A stretch of DNA of 32,669 bases from Thermoleophilia bacterium (GTDB taxonomy: Bacteria; Actinomycetota; Thermoleophilia; Miltoncostaeales; Miltoncostaeaceae): NCBI GenBank assembly GCA_017882555.1, contig JADGPH010000176.1, positions 1 through 32,669 of the forward strand, written 5' to 3'. Each line of letters begins with the position of its first letter. Position 1 is the stretch's first letter. A program made the position numbers and the translations under genes. This document shows positions 18,101 to 26,349 of this stretch, one piece after another. Under the pieces are notes generated by a model. The model was not told where the DNA came from, did no database searches, and saw nothing but the letters and a program-made list of their open reading frames with translations.

Positions 18101-18470
18101 GAAGCGTCCACGGCCCTTGGCGATGATGTCCGGGGGGGAGCGCTCGTTGATCGCGCTGGCGTTCTGTCTCGCCATCGCGATGACACGACCGGCACCGTTC
18201 TACTTGCTGGATGAGGTCGAGGCGGCACTCGATGACACGAACCTGAGGAGATTCCTGGCGCTTGTGCGCCGGCTGTCGGAGGAGACCCAGTTCGTGATGA
18301 TCACCCATCAGCAGCCCACCGTGGAGATTGCCGACACCCTGTTCGGCATCACGATGGGGACCGATGGTACCTCGCAGATTGTCTCGCGACGCCTTGGTGA
18401 CGACATCGAAGGCGCGGCGCGTCCAGTCGTACGTCGCCAGCTCAAGGCGATCCAGGGAGGGCGCGCATGA
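15117..18470 (+). CDS. smc: chromosome segregation protein SMC
   Basis: FKSF...GPNGSGKSN Walker A, long Ala/Arg/Glu coiled coils, a central hinge, the SGGERSL signature and LLDEVEAALD Walker B. TGATG overlap with rnc. Confidence 0.93.
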   Translation: MLRRVEMRGFKSFASSVALEFGPGVNVIVGPNGSGKSNLAEAIVWSMGEQRAARLRAGGMTEVVFSGGDGRPPAGVAEVRLTVSPPAPDPTQPAEIEVSRRITRTGDATYQLNGTSCRLLDVHEALGTVGLGPDALAVIRQGQVEAVCTARPSDLRAVLEEAAGVALSRRRRRRAEAKLARVAERLDRARDLAAELTRRQATLERQARAATRAAELEREIIAARQRLATALGAAALRDQQAAASDVECRSAEREQAAVASEAAAAERTVAEEILAEHVTVRDQGRELLREIQSTVERLRGRTDLARERLDDAQRQMARDAQLRATAAAARDDAMDRADDAHARRDQASADLDRTRAGLAAQTERRAVEEARARTAQAHADDARVVADDARRTLVSVDARASGLAGDLAQATARLERLAGAEGGVGTARPERRAEVAGERAARWSARAEAADAAVDDAQAVVAGAEQRRRALAVLMAAVRPSGSVAAGVLGAGLEVASGTERAFGAALGMLADAPAVGSVADADQALDAGAPAVLVPAPMPTIRTAPTAPVGTPLIDLVVACEHGMRDHLIRVLAGMWLVDDLGQVPEGTPGLFVTPGGDAWRPAQGVRLRPVSHWAAAAEYRAATVHLEAVETELAVAREVHARVVAAAGRIRVRRRAAERAAARGEQAVGIARAQAARMSAERADASAAFSAATDAIAELEVVRVGLAAAAERAGAQVAITTQAVLQAVGLLEAGGVEYAEAEQAAAQAQAELAVAQLAVAEADEQLRLIERRSEAPLLGVDLREADHAVAVLGDVAALLAGRVDVMTQAHQSADVVISDAERRVSAARAAHQAALAVHAHATDVLHAAELALAGVSARARELVGSHEITAHDISAGSDDPETETRNIEDLERRRRMIGAVNELATSEWEETSGRTEEIAEQVADLEAAATDLAAHMQGLDDAVTDGFQQVFGVVQQRFRDAVEVLFPGGQGRLQPVECDDDELGIEIQVVPAGKRPRPLAMMSGGERSLIALAFCLAIAMTRPAPFYLLDEVEAALDDTNLRRFLALVRRLSEETQFVMITHQQPTVEIADTLFGITMGTDGTSQIVSRRLGDDIEGAARPVVRRQLKAIQGGRA

Positions 18471-19477
18471 GCGAGGACAGCGACGACCGTGCCCGCTGGG
18501 CCGAGCTGTTCGACATTGCGCTGCCCCCGATAGAGCGTGACCAAGCAACGCGTCGCCGCGGGCTGTTTTCGCGACTCAAGGACAATCTCACCAAGCCTCG
18601 GCAGGCAATATCCCCGCAGTTGGCAGGGATCTTCGCGCCGGGTCTGATCACCCGCGAGACTTGGGACGATCTCGAGGAGGCCTTGATCGCCGCCGACTGC
18701 GGTATGGATGCCGCCGTGGCGCTCGTCGAGGAGCTGCGGGCTGAAGCCCAACTCGGCCGGATTGTCAACCGCGACGAGATTGCCAGCGGTCTCACCAAGG
18801 CGGTGACCCGGCAGATGACCCCGGAGCCGCCGAGGATTCCGATCGGGGCGGACCCGACCGTGATCTTGGTGGTGGGGGTCAACGGCAGCGGCAAGACCAC
18901 GAGCGTCGGCAAGCTGGCCTACCGCTTGAGCGAGCTGGGCCAGCAGGTCGTCATCGGGGCCGCCGACACCTTCCGGGCCGCGGCGATCGACCAACTTGCG
19001 ATCTGGGCCGATCGGTCGGGTGCGCAACTCGTACGACAGGGGCCAGGCGCCGATCCGGGTGCAGTGGCGTTCGACGCGGTGGCGTCGGGGACTGCACGTG
19101 GGGCGGATGTCGTGCTGATCGATACGGCGGGTCGCTTGCAGACCCAGCACAATCTGATGGAGGAGTTGCGGAAGGTGCACGCGGTGGTCGGGAAGGCCAA
19201 CCCTGACGCTCCCCATGAGACACTCTTGGTGCTCGATGCCACCACCGGTCAGAACGGCCTGAGTCAGGCACGTCTGTTTGGTGCGGCGGTCCCGCTGACC
19301 GGAGTGATCGTCACCAAGCTCGATGGATCGGCCAAGGGCGGGATTGCCGTAGCGATCAATCGGGAGCTGGGGATTCCGGTCAAGCTCGTCGGCGTCGGGG
19401 AAAAGCTCGAGGATCTCCAGCCATTTGATGCGGCAGCATATGCAGAGGCGATCTTCTCGCCCACGCCAACGGGGTAA
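18467..19477 (+). CDS. ftsY: signal recognition particle receptor FtsY
   Basis: GVNGSGKTTS, DTAGR and TKLDGSAKGG GTPase motifs. ATGA overlap with smc. Confidence 0.93.
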   Translation: MSEDSDDRARWAELFDIALPPIERDQATRRRGLFSRLKDNLTKPRQAISPQLAGIFAPGLITRETWDDLEEALIAADCGMDAAVALVEELRAEAQLGRIVNRDEIASGLTKAVTRQMTPEPPRIPIGADPTVILVVGVNGSGKTTSVGKLAYRLSELGQQVVIGAADTFRAAAIDQLAIWADRSGAQLVRQGPGADPGAVAFDAVASGTARGADVVLIDTAGRLQTQHNLMEELRKVHAVVGKANPDAPHETLLVLDATTGQNGLSQARLFGAAVPLTGVIVTKLDGSAKGGIAVAINRELGIPVKLVGVGEKLEDLQPFDAAAYAEAIFSPTPTG

Positions 19478-19526
19478 CAGCCCGAGAATCGCGCGCGCCT
19501 GCGTGCCCCGGTAGACTCAGCTCCGC

Positions 19527-19552
19527 GCGCGGTCTTGAGACCGCGCCGTTTT
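19527..19552 (+). terminator. terminator-like hairpin plus T-tract between ftsY and ffh
   Basis: gcgcggtc (19527..19534) pairs perfectly with gaccgcgc (19539..19546) across the loop ttga. It is followed by cgtttt, and the tract ends 3 nt before the ffh ATG at 19556. Confidence 0.45.
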
Positions 19553-19555
19553 CCC

Positions 19556-20875
19556 ATGTTCGACACTCTTTCCGACAAACTGCAGGGCGTCTTCTCCGGC
19601 CTACGTGGTCGGGGTAAGCTGACCGAGTCCGACATCGACCAGGCGATGCGGGCAATTCGCCTCTCGTTGCTTGAGGCGGACGTCAGCCTGCCCGTGGTCA
19701 AACAGCTCACGAGCGCCATCGGCGCGCGCGCGCGCGGGGCCGAGGTCATGACCTCGCTGACGCCCGACCAGCAGGTCGTCAAGATCGTCAATGAGGAACT
19801 TGCGAATCTGATGGGTGGCACGACGGTCAGCCTTCCGATCTCTCCACACCCGCCGACGATCGTGTTGATGGCGGGCCTGCAAGGTTCGGGTAAGACGACC
19901 TGCTCGGCCAAGCTGGCCCGCTACTACCAGCAGCAGGGCCGGGCACCGATGCTCGTGGCGTGCGATGTGCACCGACCGGCTGCGGCCGAACAGCTGTCGG
20001 TGTTGGGTGCCCAGCTGGGCGTCCCGGTGCACCGTGAAGACGGTGGGAGCGACGCGATCGGGATCGCCCAACGCGGGATCGCCGCCGCCAAGAGGTCCGT
20101 GCGCGACCTGGTGATCGTCGATACCGCCGGGCGGACCGTGGTCGATGAGGCGATGATGTCCGAACTCGTCGGCGTTCGGGACGCCGTGCATCCGACCGCT
20201 GTGGTTTTGGTCCTCGATTCGATGACCGGGCAGTCCGCGGTAGAGGTCGCAGAGGCGTTCCAGGAGGCGGTCCAGTTCGACGGGGTGATTCTCACCAAGC
20301 TCGACGGTGATGCCCGCGGAGGCGCAGCGCTCTCGGTCCGTGCGGTGACGGGTCGTCCGATCTTCTTCGTGGGCACCGGCGAGAAGATCGACGCCCTCGA
20401 GGCCTTTCACCCAGACAGAATGGCCTCGCGCATTCTCGGGATGGGCGACGTGCTTAGCCTCATCGAGCGCGCCCAGCAGAATGTCGATGTCGACACCGCC
20501 AAGGATCTCGAGAAGAAGATCATGGGTGGGGGGTTGACGCTCGAGGATTTCCTCGACCAACTGCGTCAGATTCGTAAGATGGGTCCGATCGGTCAGTTGC
20601 TCGGTATGGTTCCGGGGTTCCGGAATGCGACGAAGGGACGCGATCTCGCGATCGACGATCGACAACTCGATCGTGTGGAGGCCATTATTCAAAGCATGAC
20701 TGCCGGTGAGCGGCGGCGACCCGAGACGATCAACGGCAGCCGCCGGCAGCGCATCGCGCGCGGGAGTGGGACGTCTGTCCAGGAGGTCAATCAGCTGCTG
20801 GCCCAGTTCAAGCAGATGCGCAAGATGATGAAACGGATCGGTAAGGGCGGCCTGCCCCCGGTCCTCGGTACCTAA
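19556..20875 (+). CDS. ffh: signal recognition particle protein Ffh
   Basis: [14 protein letters not shown]-terminus, [24 protein letters not shown] and a Met-rich M domain. The track start at 19535 (TTG) falls inside the upstream hairpin. Confidence 0.93.
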   Translation: MFDTLSDKLQGVFSGLRGRGKLTESDIDQAMRAIRLSLLEADVSLPVVKQLTSAIGARARGAEVMTSLTPDQQVVKIVNEELANLMGGTTVSLPISPHPPTIVLMAGLQGSGKTTCSAKLARYYQQQGRAPMLVACDVHRPAAAEQLSVLGAQLGVPVHREDGGSDAIGIAQRGIAAAKRSVRDLVIVDTAGRTVVDEAMMSELVGVRDAVHPTAVVLVLDSMTGQSAVEVAEAFQEAVQFDGVILTKLDGDARGGAALSVRAVTGRPIFFVGTGEKIDALEAFHPDRMASRILGMGDVLSLIERAQQNVDVDTAKDLEKKIMGGGLTLEDFLDQLRQIRKMGPIGQLLGMVPGFRNATKGRDLAIDDRQLDRVEAIIQSMTAGERRRPETINGSRRQRIARGSGTSVQEVNQLLAQFKQMRKMMKRIGKGGLPPVLGT

Positions 20876-20892
20876 GACACCCAAGGAGCAAC

Positions 20893-21135
20893 GTGGTCAA
20901 GATCCGGCTCGCCCGCGTGGGCAGCAAGAAGAACCCCATCTATCGTGTGGTCGTCGCGGACTCTCGCGCACCCCGTGACGGGCGCAACATCGAGACGATC
21001 GGCCGGTACAATCCCCAGATCGACCCGTCGATTGTGGAAGTTGATCTCGAGCGTGCCAAGCACTGGATCGACAACGGCGCGCAGCCGTCACACGCGGTTG
21101 GCAAGCTGATCAAAATCGTGGAGGCTCGCGGGTGA
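20893..21135 (+). CDS. rpsP: 30S ribosomal protein S16
   Basis: [30 protein letters not shown] Shine-Dalgarno sequence upstream of GTG 20893. Confidence 0.94.
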   Translation: MVKIRLARVGSKKNPIYRVVVADSRAPRDGRNIETIGRYNPQIDPSIVEVDLERAKHWIDNGAQPSHAVGKLIKIVEARG

Positions 21136-21386
21136 GCGACGCGCCGACGGCGGGGCTGGTGGAGATGGTGACCGCCCTCGCCAAGGGCTTGGTTGATCAT
21201 CCTGACCAGGTGCGCGTCGACACGGACTCGCAGGGTGAGACGACGGTGCTCAACCTGTACGTGGCTGCAGAGGATTTGGGCCAGGTCATCGGCCGAGGTG
21301 GACGCATCGCACGGGCTCTGCGGTTGATCGTGCGCGAGGCGGCGTTTCGCACCGGCGTGCGCGTCAGCCTCGAGATCGTCGACTAA
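21132..21386 (+). CDS. KH-domain RNA-binding protein (UPF0109/YlqC family)
   Basis: [13 protein letters not shown] GxxG loop. GTGA overlap with rpsP. Conserved position between rpsP and rimM. Confidence 0.88.
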   Translation: MSDAPTAGLVEMVTALAKGLVDHPDQVRVDTDSQGETTVLNLYVAAEDLGQVIGRGGRIARALRLIVREAAFRTGVRVSLEIVD

Positions 21387-21407
21387 CGCATTCCGCACTC
21401 GCTCAAC

Positions 21408-21962
21408 GTGGGGGATGCCGTTGTCATCGGGGTTGTGGTGCGTGCCCACGGCTTGCACGGACTCGTGCGTGCGCGGGCAACCGGCCCGACGCTCGAACTG
21501 CTTCGGCCCGGTGAACGGGTCTGCGTGACGGACCGCGACGGCAGGGCCCGCGAACTCGAGCTCGTGAGCCAATCGCCAGCGGGAATCGAGTTGATCATCG
21601 AGTTTGCCGAGATTTCCACTCGCGACCAGGCAGATGCCCTGCGTGGCGGCACGATTGCCGTTGATGCCTCGCATCTGCCACACGGGCATGACCCGGATGA
21701 GTTCTATGTTCGTGATCTGGTCGGATGTGCGGTGTGGATTGGTGAGTCCCGGATTGGGCTCGTGCGCGAGGTTATCAACCGGCCGGCCAACGACGTCGTC
21801 GAGGTCGTGGGCGAGTCGGGGGAGTTGCTGCTGCTCCCCTTTACGCGAGATGCTGTGCGGGGCGTGGATCTGTCGGGGCGCAGAATCGACATGCGCGCGG
21901 ATTTGATCGACCTCAGCACCGCAGCCCATGCGCCGCAAGATGGCGAGCCGCATGCAGATTGA
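21408..21962 (+). CDS. rimM: 16S rRNA processing protein RimM
   Basis: VVIGVVVRAHGLHGLV N-terminal barrel motif and a PRC-barrel C-terminus. Synteny fits. Confidence 0.9.
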   Translation: MGDAVVIGVVVRAHGLHGLVRARATGPTLELLRPGERVCVTDRDGRARELELVSQSPAGIELIIEFAEISTRDQADALRGGTIAVDASHLPHGHDPDEFYVRDLVGCAVWIGESRIGLVREVINRPANDVVEVVGESGELLLLPFTRDAVRGVDLSGRRIDMRADLIDLSTAAHAPQDGEPHAD

Positions 21963-22623
21963 CGTGTTCACGCTGTTTCCCGAGTGGTTCGACTGGATGC
22001 GCCATCCGCGGCATCTGGTGAATTCGGAGCTCGAGTTGCGCGTCTTCAACTACCGTGACTACACGCCCCTCTCGGGTGGCCAGGTCGACGACACCCCGTA
22101 CGGCGGTGGGCCCGGCATGGTGCTGCGCGCCGACGTCGTGGCGTGGGCACTGGAGGCGGTCTACGCCGTTGTGGGAACGGCAGTGCGGGACCGACGTCCG
22201 GTGATCGTCATGAGCCCGCGTGGGCGCCCTCTCACCGATCGCGTCGTGCGTGACCTGGCGGAGTCTTCGGCGATCACGCTCTTGTGTGGGCGCTACGAGG
22301 GGTTTGACGAGCGGGTCCACACGATGCTCGCCAGCGACGTGATCTGCACCGGGCCATATGTGCTTGCCGGCGGCGAGATCCCGGCCATGACGATCATCGA
22401 CGCGGTCGGCCGGCGCCTACCGGGCGCGTTGGGCAACCAGGCCAGCCTCGACGACGAATCGTTTTCACCGAGCCTGAAAGGCGGTACGGAGTATCCGCAT
22501 TACACGCGGCCGGCCCAATTCGCGGGCCAGGGGGTCCCCGAGGTGCTGCTCTCGGGCGACCATGGGGCGATCGCGCGCTGGCGGGCGGACCACGTAGGAG
22601 CGGCGCCCGGGCCGGGTTCGTGA
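21952..22623 (+). CDS. trmD: tRNA (guanine37-N1)-methyltransferase
   Basis: MQIDVFTLFPEWF N-terminus, LLCGRYEGFDERV and the GGEIPAM motifs. 11-nt overlap with rimM. Confidence 0.93.
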   Translation: MQIDVFTLFPEWFDWMRHPRHLVNSELELRVFNYRDYTPLSGGQVDDTPYGGGPGMVLRADVVAWALEAVYAVVGTAVRDRRPVIVMSPRGRPLTDRVVRDLAESSAITLLCGRYEGFDERVHTMLASDVICTGPYVLAGGEIPAMTIIDAVGRRLPGALGNQASLDDESFSPSLKGGTEYPHYTRPAQFAGQGVPEVLLSGDHGAIARWRADHVGAAPGPGS

Positions 22624-22638
22624 AGTGCGGCGTCGGCG

Positions 22639-22647
22639 TGATAGTGT
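22639..22647 (+). promoter_or_regulatory. putative extended -10 promoter for rplS (TGATAGTGT)
   Basis: TGnTANNNT match in the 60-nt trmD-rplS gap, about 37 nt upstream of ATG 22684 and upstream of the GGAGG Shine-Dalgarno sequence. Confidence 0.35.
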
Positions 22648-22683
22648 AGCCGTCGTTTTGCCCCGACCCGGAGGTCATCCCAC

Positions 22684-23049
22684 ATGAGCGTGATCGAGAG
22701 CCTCGAGCGCATGCAGCTCAGAGATGACCTGCCCGAGTTCAAACCCGGCGACACGGTCCGCGTGCACTTTCGCGTTATCGAGGGTCAGCGTCAGCGCGTG
22801 CAGGTCTTCGAGGGGACAGTCATCAAGCGTCAAGGCTCCACGAGCCGCGAGACATTTACGGTGCGCAAGCAGAGCTTCGGTGTGGGCGTCGAGCGCACGT
22901 TCCCCGTCCACTCACCCAAGATTGAGCGCATCGAGCGCGTGATGGAAGGTGATGTCCGTCGGGCCAAGCTCTACTACCTGCGCGGCAAGGTGGGCAAGAA
23001 GGCACGCATCCGCGAAAAGCAGCGGACGCCGCAGCCCGCCAAGTCCTAG
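22684..23049 (+). CDS. rplS: 50S ribosomal protein L19
   Basis: [34 protein letters not shown] Shine-Dalgarno sequence upstream. Confidence 0.94.
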   Translation: MSVIESLERMQLRDDLPEFKPGDTVRVHFRVIEGQRQRVQVFEGTVIKRQGSTSRETFTVRKQSFGVGVERTFPVHSPKIERIERVMEGDVRRAKLYYLRGKVGKKARIREKQRTPQPAKS

Positions 23050-23065
23050 CTGCTCCCGCACGATT

Positions 23066-23770
23066 GTGACCGCCGTACGCGGGTCGCAGCGTGCCGCTCG
23101 GCGGTTGTTTGCATACGATCGTCGTCTGGGCGTCCGCCTGGTGGCGGGCGCCGATGAGGCGGGTCGCGGATGCCTCGCCGGTCCATTGGTGGCGGCGAGC
23201 GTCTGCCTCGATGTGAATGGCCTGACGCCATCCACACGTCGTGCGCTGGCTGACCTTGATGACTCCAAACGCGTCGCCCGAGATGTTCGGGAGCGGCTGG
23301 CACGAGCGATTTGGGTGATCGCCGATCAGGTGGTCATCGCGCTGGCCGATGCGCCGACGATCGATCGTGACGGGCTCCATCGGACGAACCTGCGGCTGCT
23401 TTCAGACGTGTTCGCTCGTCTGGATCCCATGCCCGATGTCTGTCTTGTGGACGGATTTGCGCTGGGGCCGGGCGCGGTGCCACACCGGGCGATCACGGGA
23501 GGTGACCGCACGAGCGCAGCGATCGCGGCGGCGTCCGTGATCGCGAAGGTCACTCGCGACCGGGTGATGGCCAACGTCGTTGCCACGTCCTACCCCCAAT
23601 ACGGGTTTGACAGGCACATGGGCTATGCGACGGCCCGCCACCGCCAGGCGATCGTGCGCCATGGGCCCTCACCGGTGCATCGCCGCTCCTTCGCCAGCGC
23701 CGCCTACGCCGCATTTACCGAACTCCACAGCGCGCGCGAGACTTCGTCTGCACGATCGCGTGGGGCCTAG
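23066..23770 (+). CDS. rnhB: ribonuclease HII
   Basis: GADEAGRGCLAGPLVAA and DDSKR motifs. Start set at GTG 23066 just after the rplS stop; the track start at 22949 lies inside rplS. The exact start is uncertain. Confidence 0.88.
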   Translation: MTAVRGSQRAARRLFAYDRRLGVRLVAGADEAGRGCLAGPLVAASVCLDVNGLTPSTRRALADLDDSKRVARDVRERLARAIWVIADQVVIALADAPTIDRDGLHRTNLRLLSDVFARLDPMPDVCLVDGFALGPGAVPHRAITGGDRTSAAIAAASVIAKVTRDRVMANVVATSYPQYGFDRHMGYATARHRQAIVRHGPSPVHRRSFASAAYAAFTELHSARETSSARSRGA

Positions 23771-24096
23771 GGCCGGCTCTCGTTCGGGTAGGCGACGATC
23801 TCGACGACGGTGTTGCCGGGACCCTCGGTGTAGAAACTGCGGCTGGCGTCCCGATGCCGGCGGATCTCAGCGGCGTGTTCGGCTGCAAGGCGATCGAGTT
23901 CGGCGTTGGTGACCCGCCAGGCGAGGTGGTCGGGATGCTGATCGGCCGTCACAAAAGCGAGCCGGGCGCCACCGGCCTCAATCAGCGCCCAGGTGGCATC
24001 TTGGTAGAGCACCTCGGTCGCGGGGATGGTCGCGCGATACCAGTCGACAGCTGCGGCAATATCGGGGACCTGCTGGGCGATATGGTCAAAGTGCAT
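23767..24096 (-). CDS. VOC (glyoxalase/bleomycin-resistance/dioxygenase fold) family protein
   Basis: 109 aa. MHFDHIAQQVPDIAAAVDWY... is a typical first beta-alpha-beta-beta-beta module start, followed by HPDHLAW and VVEIV. AGGA lies 7 nt before ATG 24096. The gene begins 22 nt downstream of the WYL regulator stop. Confidence 0.7.
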   Translation of the reverse strand: MHFDHIAQQVPDIAAAVDWYRATIPATEVLYQDATWALIEAGGARLAFVTADQHPDHLAWRVTNAELDRLAAEHAAEIRRHRDASRSFYTEGPGNTVVEIVAYPNESRP

Positions 24097-24118
24097 GAAC
24101 GCGTCCTGATCGGAAGGT

Positions 24119-26236
24119 CTATCCGCTGCCGGCTGGTGAGCCGGCCGGCGATTCGGCATACCGTGTGGCGATCTCATCGGCCAGATGGGCGATCGTCGCT
24201 CGGAGGGGCGCCGGCTTCAACAGGACCGCGTCCCCCTGGTGCTTGAGGACCTCCTTGACCATCCACTCCTGGCTGGCATACGGGATCTCAACAATCACCG
24301 AGCCATCGGTATGGCGCTCCCATGACGGGTGCTCTTCTATCATCCAGCGCGACAGCTCGTTACTGCACCACACCGAGGCACTCTGTGCGGTCGCCCCGGC
24401 GTGTTCGGCGCGGACGCCAAACGGCAGATACGGTCCCGCCGCCATGATCTCGGGTCGACGGGCGAAGTGCTCGGCCAAGACAGTCGCGCTTCGAATGCGA
24501 TCGACGCGGAACGTTCGCTGGTCGTTGGCGCGATGGCAGAATGCCACGAGGTACCAGGCGTCACGTGCGTTGACGAGCAAATGCGGTTCGATAGTGCGGG
24601 TGTTGAGCGCGCCGCGGGCCTCGGTCCAATACTCGATCTCCAAATTGCGGTCGTCGCGCAGCGCATGATTGATCGCCGCCGAAACCTCGGCGTTCGCGTT
24701 CTGGACGCGCCCGATCTCCACCTCGGGCAGGTTGTCGGCACCGATCGCCTGCTCGACCTTCACCCGTGCGGACACGAGCGCGTCATCGGCTTCCACTGGC
24801 AGGCGATCGCCGATGAATTCCAGTGCCCACAACAGTGCCTTGGCCTCCAGGGGCGACAGGCGCGCCGGACGGGCGAAGTGGTCGCCGTAGGTCTCGCGCG
24901 TCACCGCGACCACGTCGCCATCGATCTTCGCGTAGAGCGCGTAGCAGCCGCCCCCGAAGTTGATCAGATTGAGCAGCGTCAGGTCCTCGTCGAGGACCTT
25001 TCGATCGATGTTCAGCGCGGTGCGCAGATCGCTGACGGGAACCGTTGTGTGGGTGGCGTCGCCGCAGGCGGCCAGCAATCGGGTCATCAGTGCGAGCAGG
25101 CGCGCAAAACGCTCGGCCGGGACGACCTTATCGGGCGCGAGGGTCGCGCGGTCGATCGTTGTGGCTGGCGGTTTCGACTCGGCATCGGGGTCCGGTGGCA
25201 CCGGCGGGGCGATCCTCGGCATGGAGGTGTGGCGTGCCGACACCCGTACAAGGGCGTCGTACGCGGCCTTGCGCAACTCATGGGGTCCGGTGATCTCGGC
25301 ATGTGTTCCGAGGCTCAGCACCCAGGTGAGCAGTGCGTTCGTGGCGGTGTACTCGGTCGTAAAGACCCCGGAGCCATCTGGGCGCAGTTCGCAGCTGCCG
25401 TAGGTGCCGAACATTTGCTCGACCCACCATGCCACGATCGGTGAGAGCGCGATGCGCGCCTGGGTCGCATCTTCATCGAGCTGCCACGGTGCGCGATCCC
25501 GGTATCGGGACACATCGAAATTCCGGGGTGCTGCGAAGTCGTGTTCTGCGCGCGTCTTGAAGGTGATGCGTCCTTCGATACGCGAGAGGCGGAATATGCG
25601 GGTCGCCTCGCGCTCATGAGAGTAACCGACCATGTACCAGTTGCCACCGAGGTAGAGGAGCGAATACGGATCGACCTCACGCTCGGAATGTTCGTCGCGG
25701 CCGATCGAGTAATACGTGAAGCGGATCGTCTTGCGGCGACTGATCGCCGATTCGATCTTCGACAGATGTGAGGCGACCTCGGGTGAGTAGTCGCCGCCGA
25801 GCAGGTTCACCGAGACCGTGCGGGCCGCGTGATCATCAAGCGGGCTCGGCCGCCCGAGGGTGAGGTGCTGAAGGGCCAGGCGTAGGGGCTCTGCGTAGGC
25901 GAACTGACCCTCCAACAAGTACAGACACGTGTGCAGTGCCGAGAGCTCACGCTCATCGAAGTCGATTTGGGGCAGGTAGTAGTTCTCCGGCGGCAGCGCG
26001 TAGAGATCGCCCTGAAAGGGGTCGTCGGTCGGGCGTTCGACGGCGAGTTTAAGTCCCATCGCCTCGATCTCCCCGCGATCGGCGTAGAACCGCCGCAGGA
26101 AGGCTTGGTCGCTCATCCCACCATAGCCCTCGACGGACTCGTGGATCTCGTCGGCGGTGACAGGTCGCAGTTGGGACATGAGAAAGGCCACGAGCGACAG
26201 CTGCCGTACCAGTTTGTCGTCGTCCCTCATTGCCAT
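24119..26236 (-). CDS. single-chain PafBC-like transcriptional regulator (two tandem HTH-WYL-C-terminal-extension modules)
   Basis: 705 aa. Module 1 (aa 1-335) has the winged-helix segment KLVRQLSLVAFLMSQLRPVTADEI and the WYL core VDPYSLLYLGGNWYMVGYSHEREATRIFRLSRI. A Pro-rich linker RIAPPVPPDPDAESKPP follows. Module 2 (aa 372-690) has FARLLALMTRLL...VSDLRTALNI and the WYL core IEPHLLVNARDAWYLVAFCHRANDQRTFRVDRI. GGAG lies 5 nt before the ATG. Confidence 0.8.
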   Translation of the reverse strand: MAMRDDDKLVRQLSLVAFLMSQLRPVTADEIHESVEGYGGMSDQAFLRRFYADRGEIEAMGLKLAVERPTDDPFQGDLYALPPENYYLPQIDFDERELSALHTCLYLLEGQFAYAEPLRLALQHLTLGRPSPLDDHAARTVSVNLLGGDYSPEVASHLSKIESAISRRKTIRFTYYSIGRDEHSEREVDPYSLLYLGGNWYMVGYSHEREATRIFRLSRIEGRITFKTRAEHDFAAPRNFDVSRYRDRAPWQLDEDATQARIALSPIVAWWVEQMFGTYGSCELRPDGSGVFTTEYTATNALLTWVLSLGTHAEITGPHELRKAAYDALVRVSARHTSMPRIAPPVPPDPDAESKPPATTIDRATLAPDKVVPAERFARLLALMTRLLAACGDATHTTVPVSDLRTALNIDRKVLDEDLTLLNLINFGGGCYALYAKIDGDVVAVTRETYGDHFARPARLSPLEAKALLWALEFIGDRLPVEADDALVSARVKVEQAIGADNLPEVEIGRVQNANAEVSAAINHALRDDRNLEIEYWTEARGALNTRTIEPHLLVNARDAWYLVAFCHRANDQRTFRVDRIRSATVLAEHFARRPEIMAAGPYLPFGVRAEHAGATAQSASVWCSNELSRWMIEEHPSWERHTDGSVIVEIPYASQEWMVKEVLKHQGDAVLLKPAPLRATIAHLADEIATRYAESPAGSPAGSG

Positions 26237-26349
26237 AGGGGCTCCGGCCAGGGGCGGGACATCGCACCTAATGATAGCTGTACATCGGCGTCTTCTGGAT
26301 GGCGGCGCCCGCCGGCTTGTCGCTCGATCGGCCTGGTAGCCTTACACCC

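Noticed and set aside
19995-20002. Exact TGTCGGTG octamers at 19995..20002 (inside ffh) and 7345..7352 (inside ribBA), and a reverse-strand copy near 739..746.
   Set aside because: All are inside coding regions, and none is followed by a TANNNT hexamer at the required 8-nt spacing.
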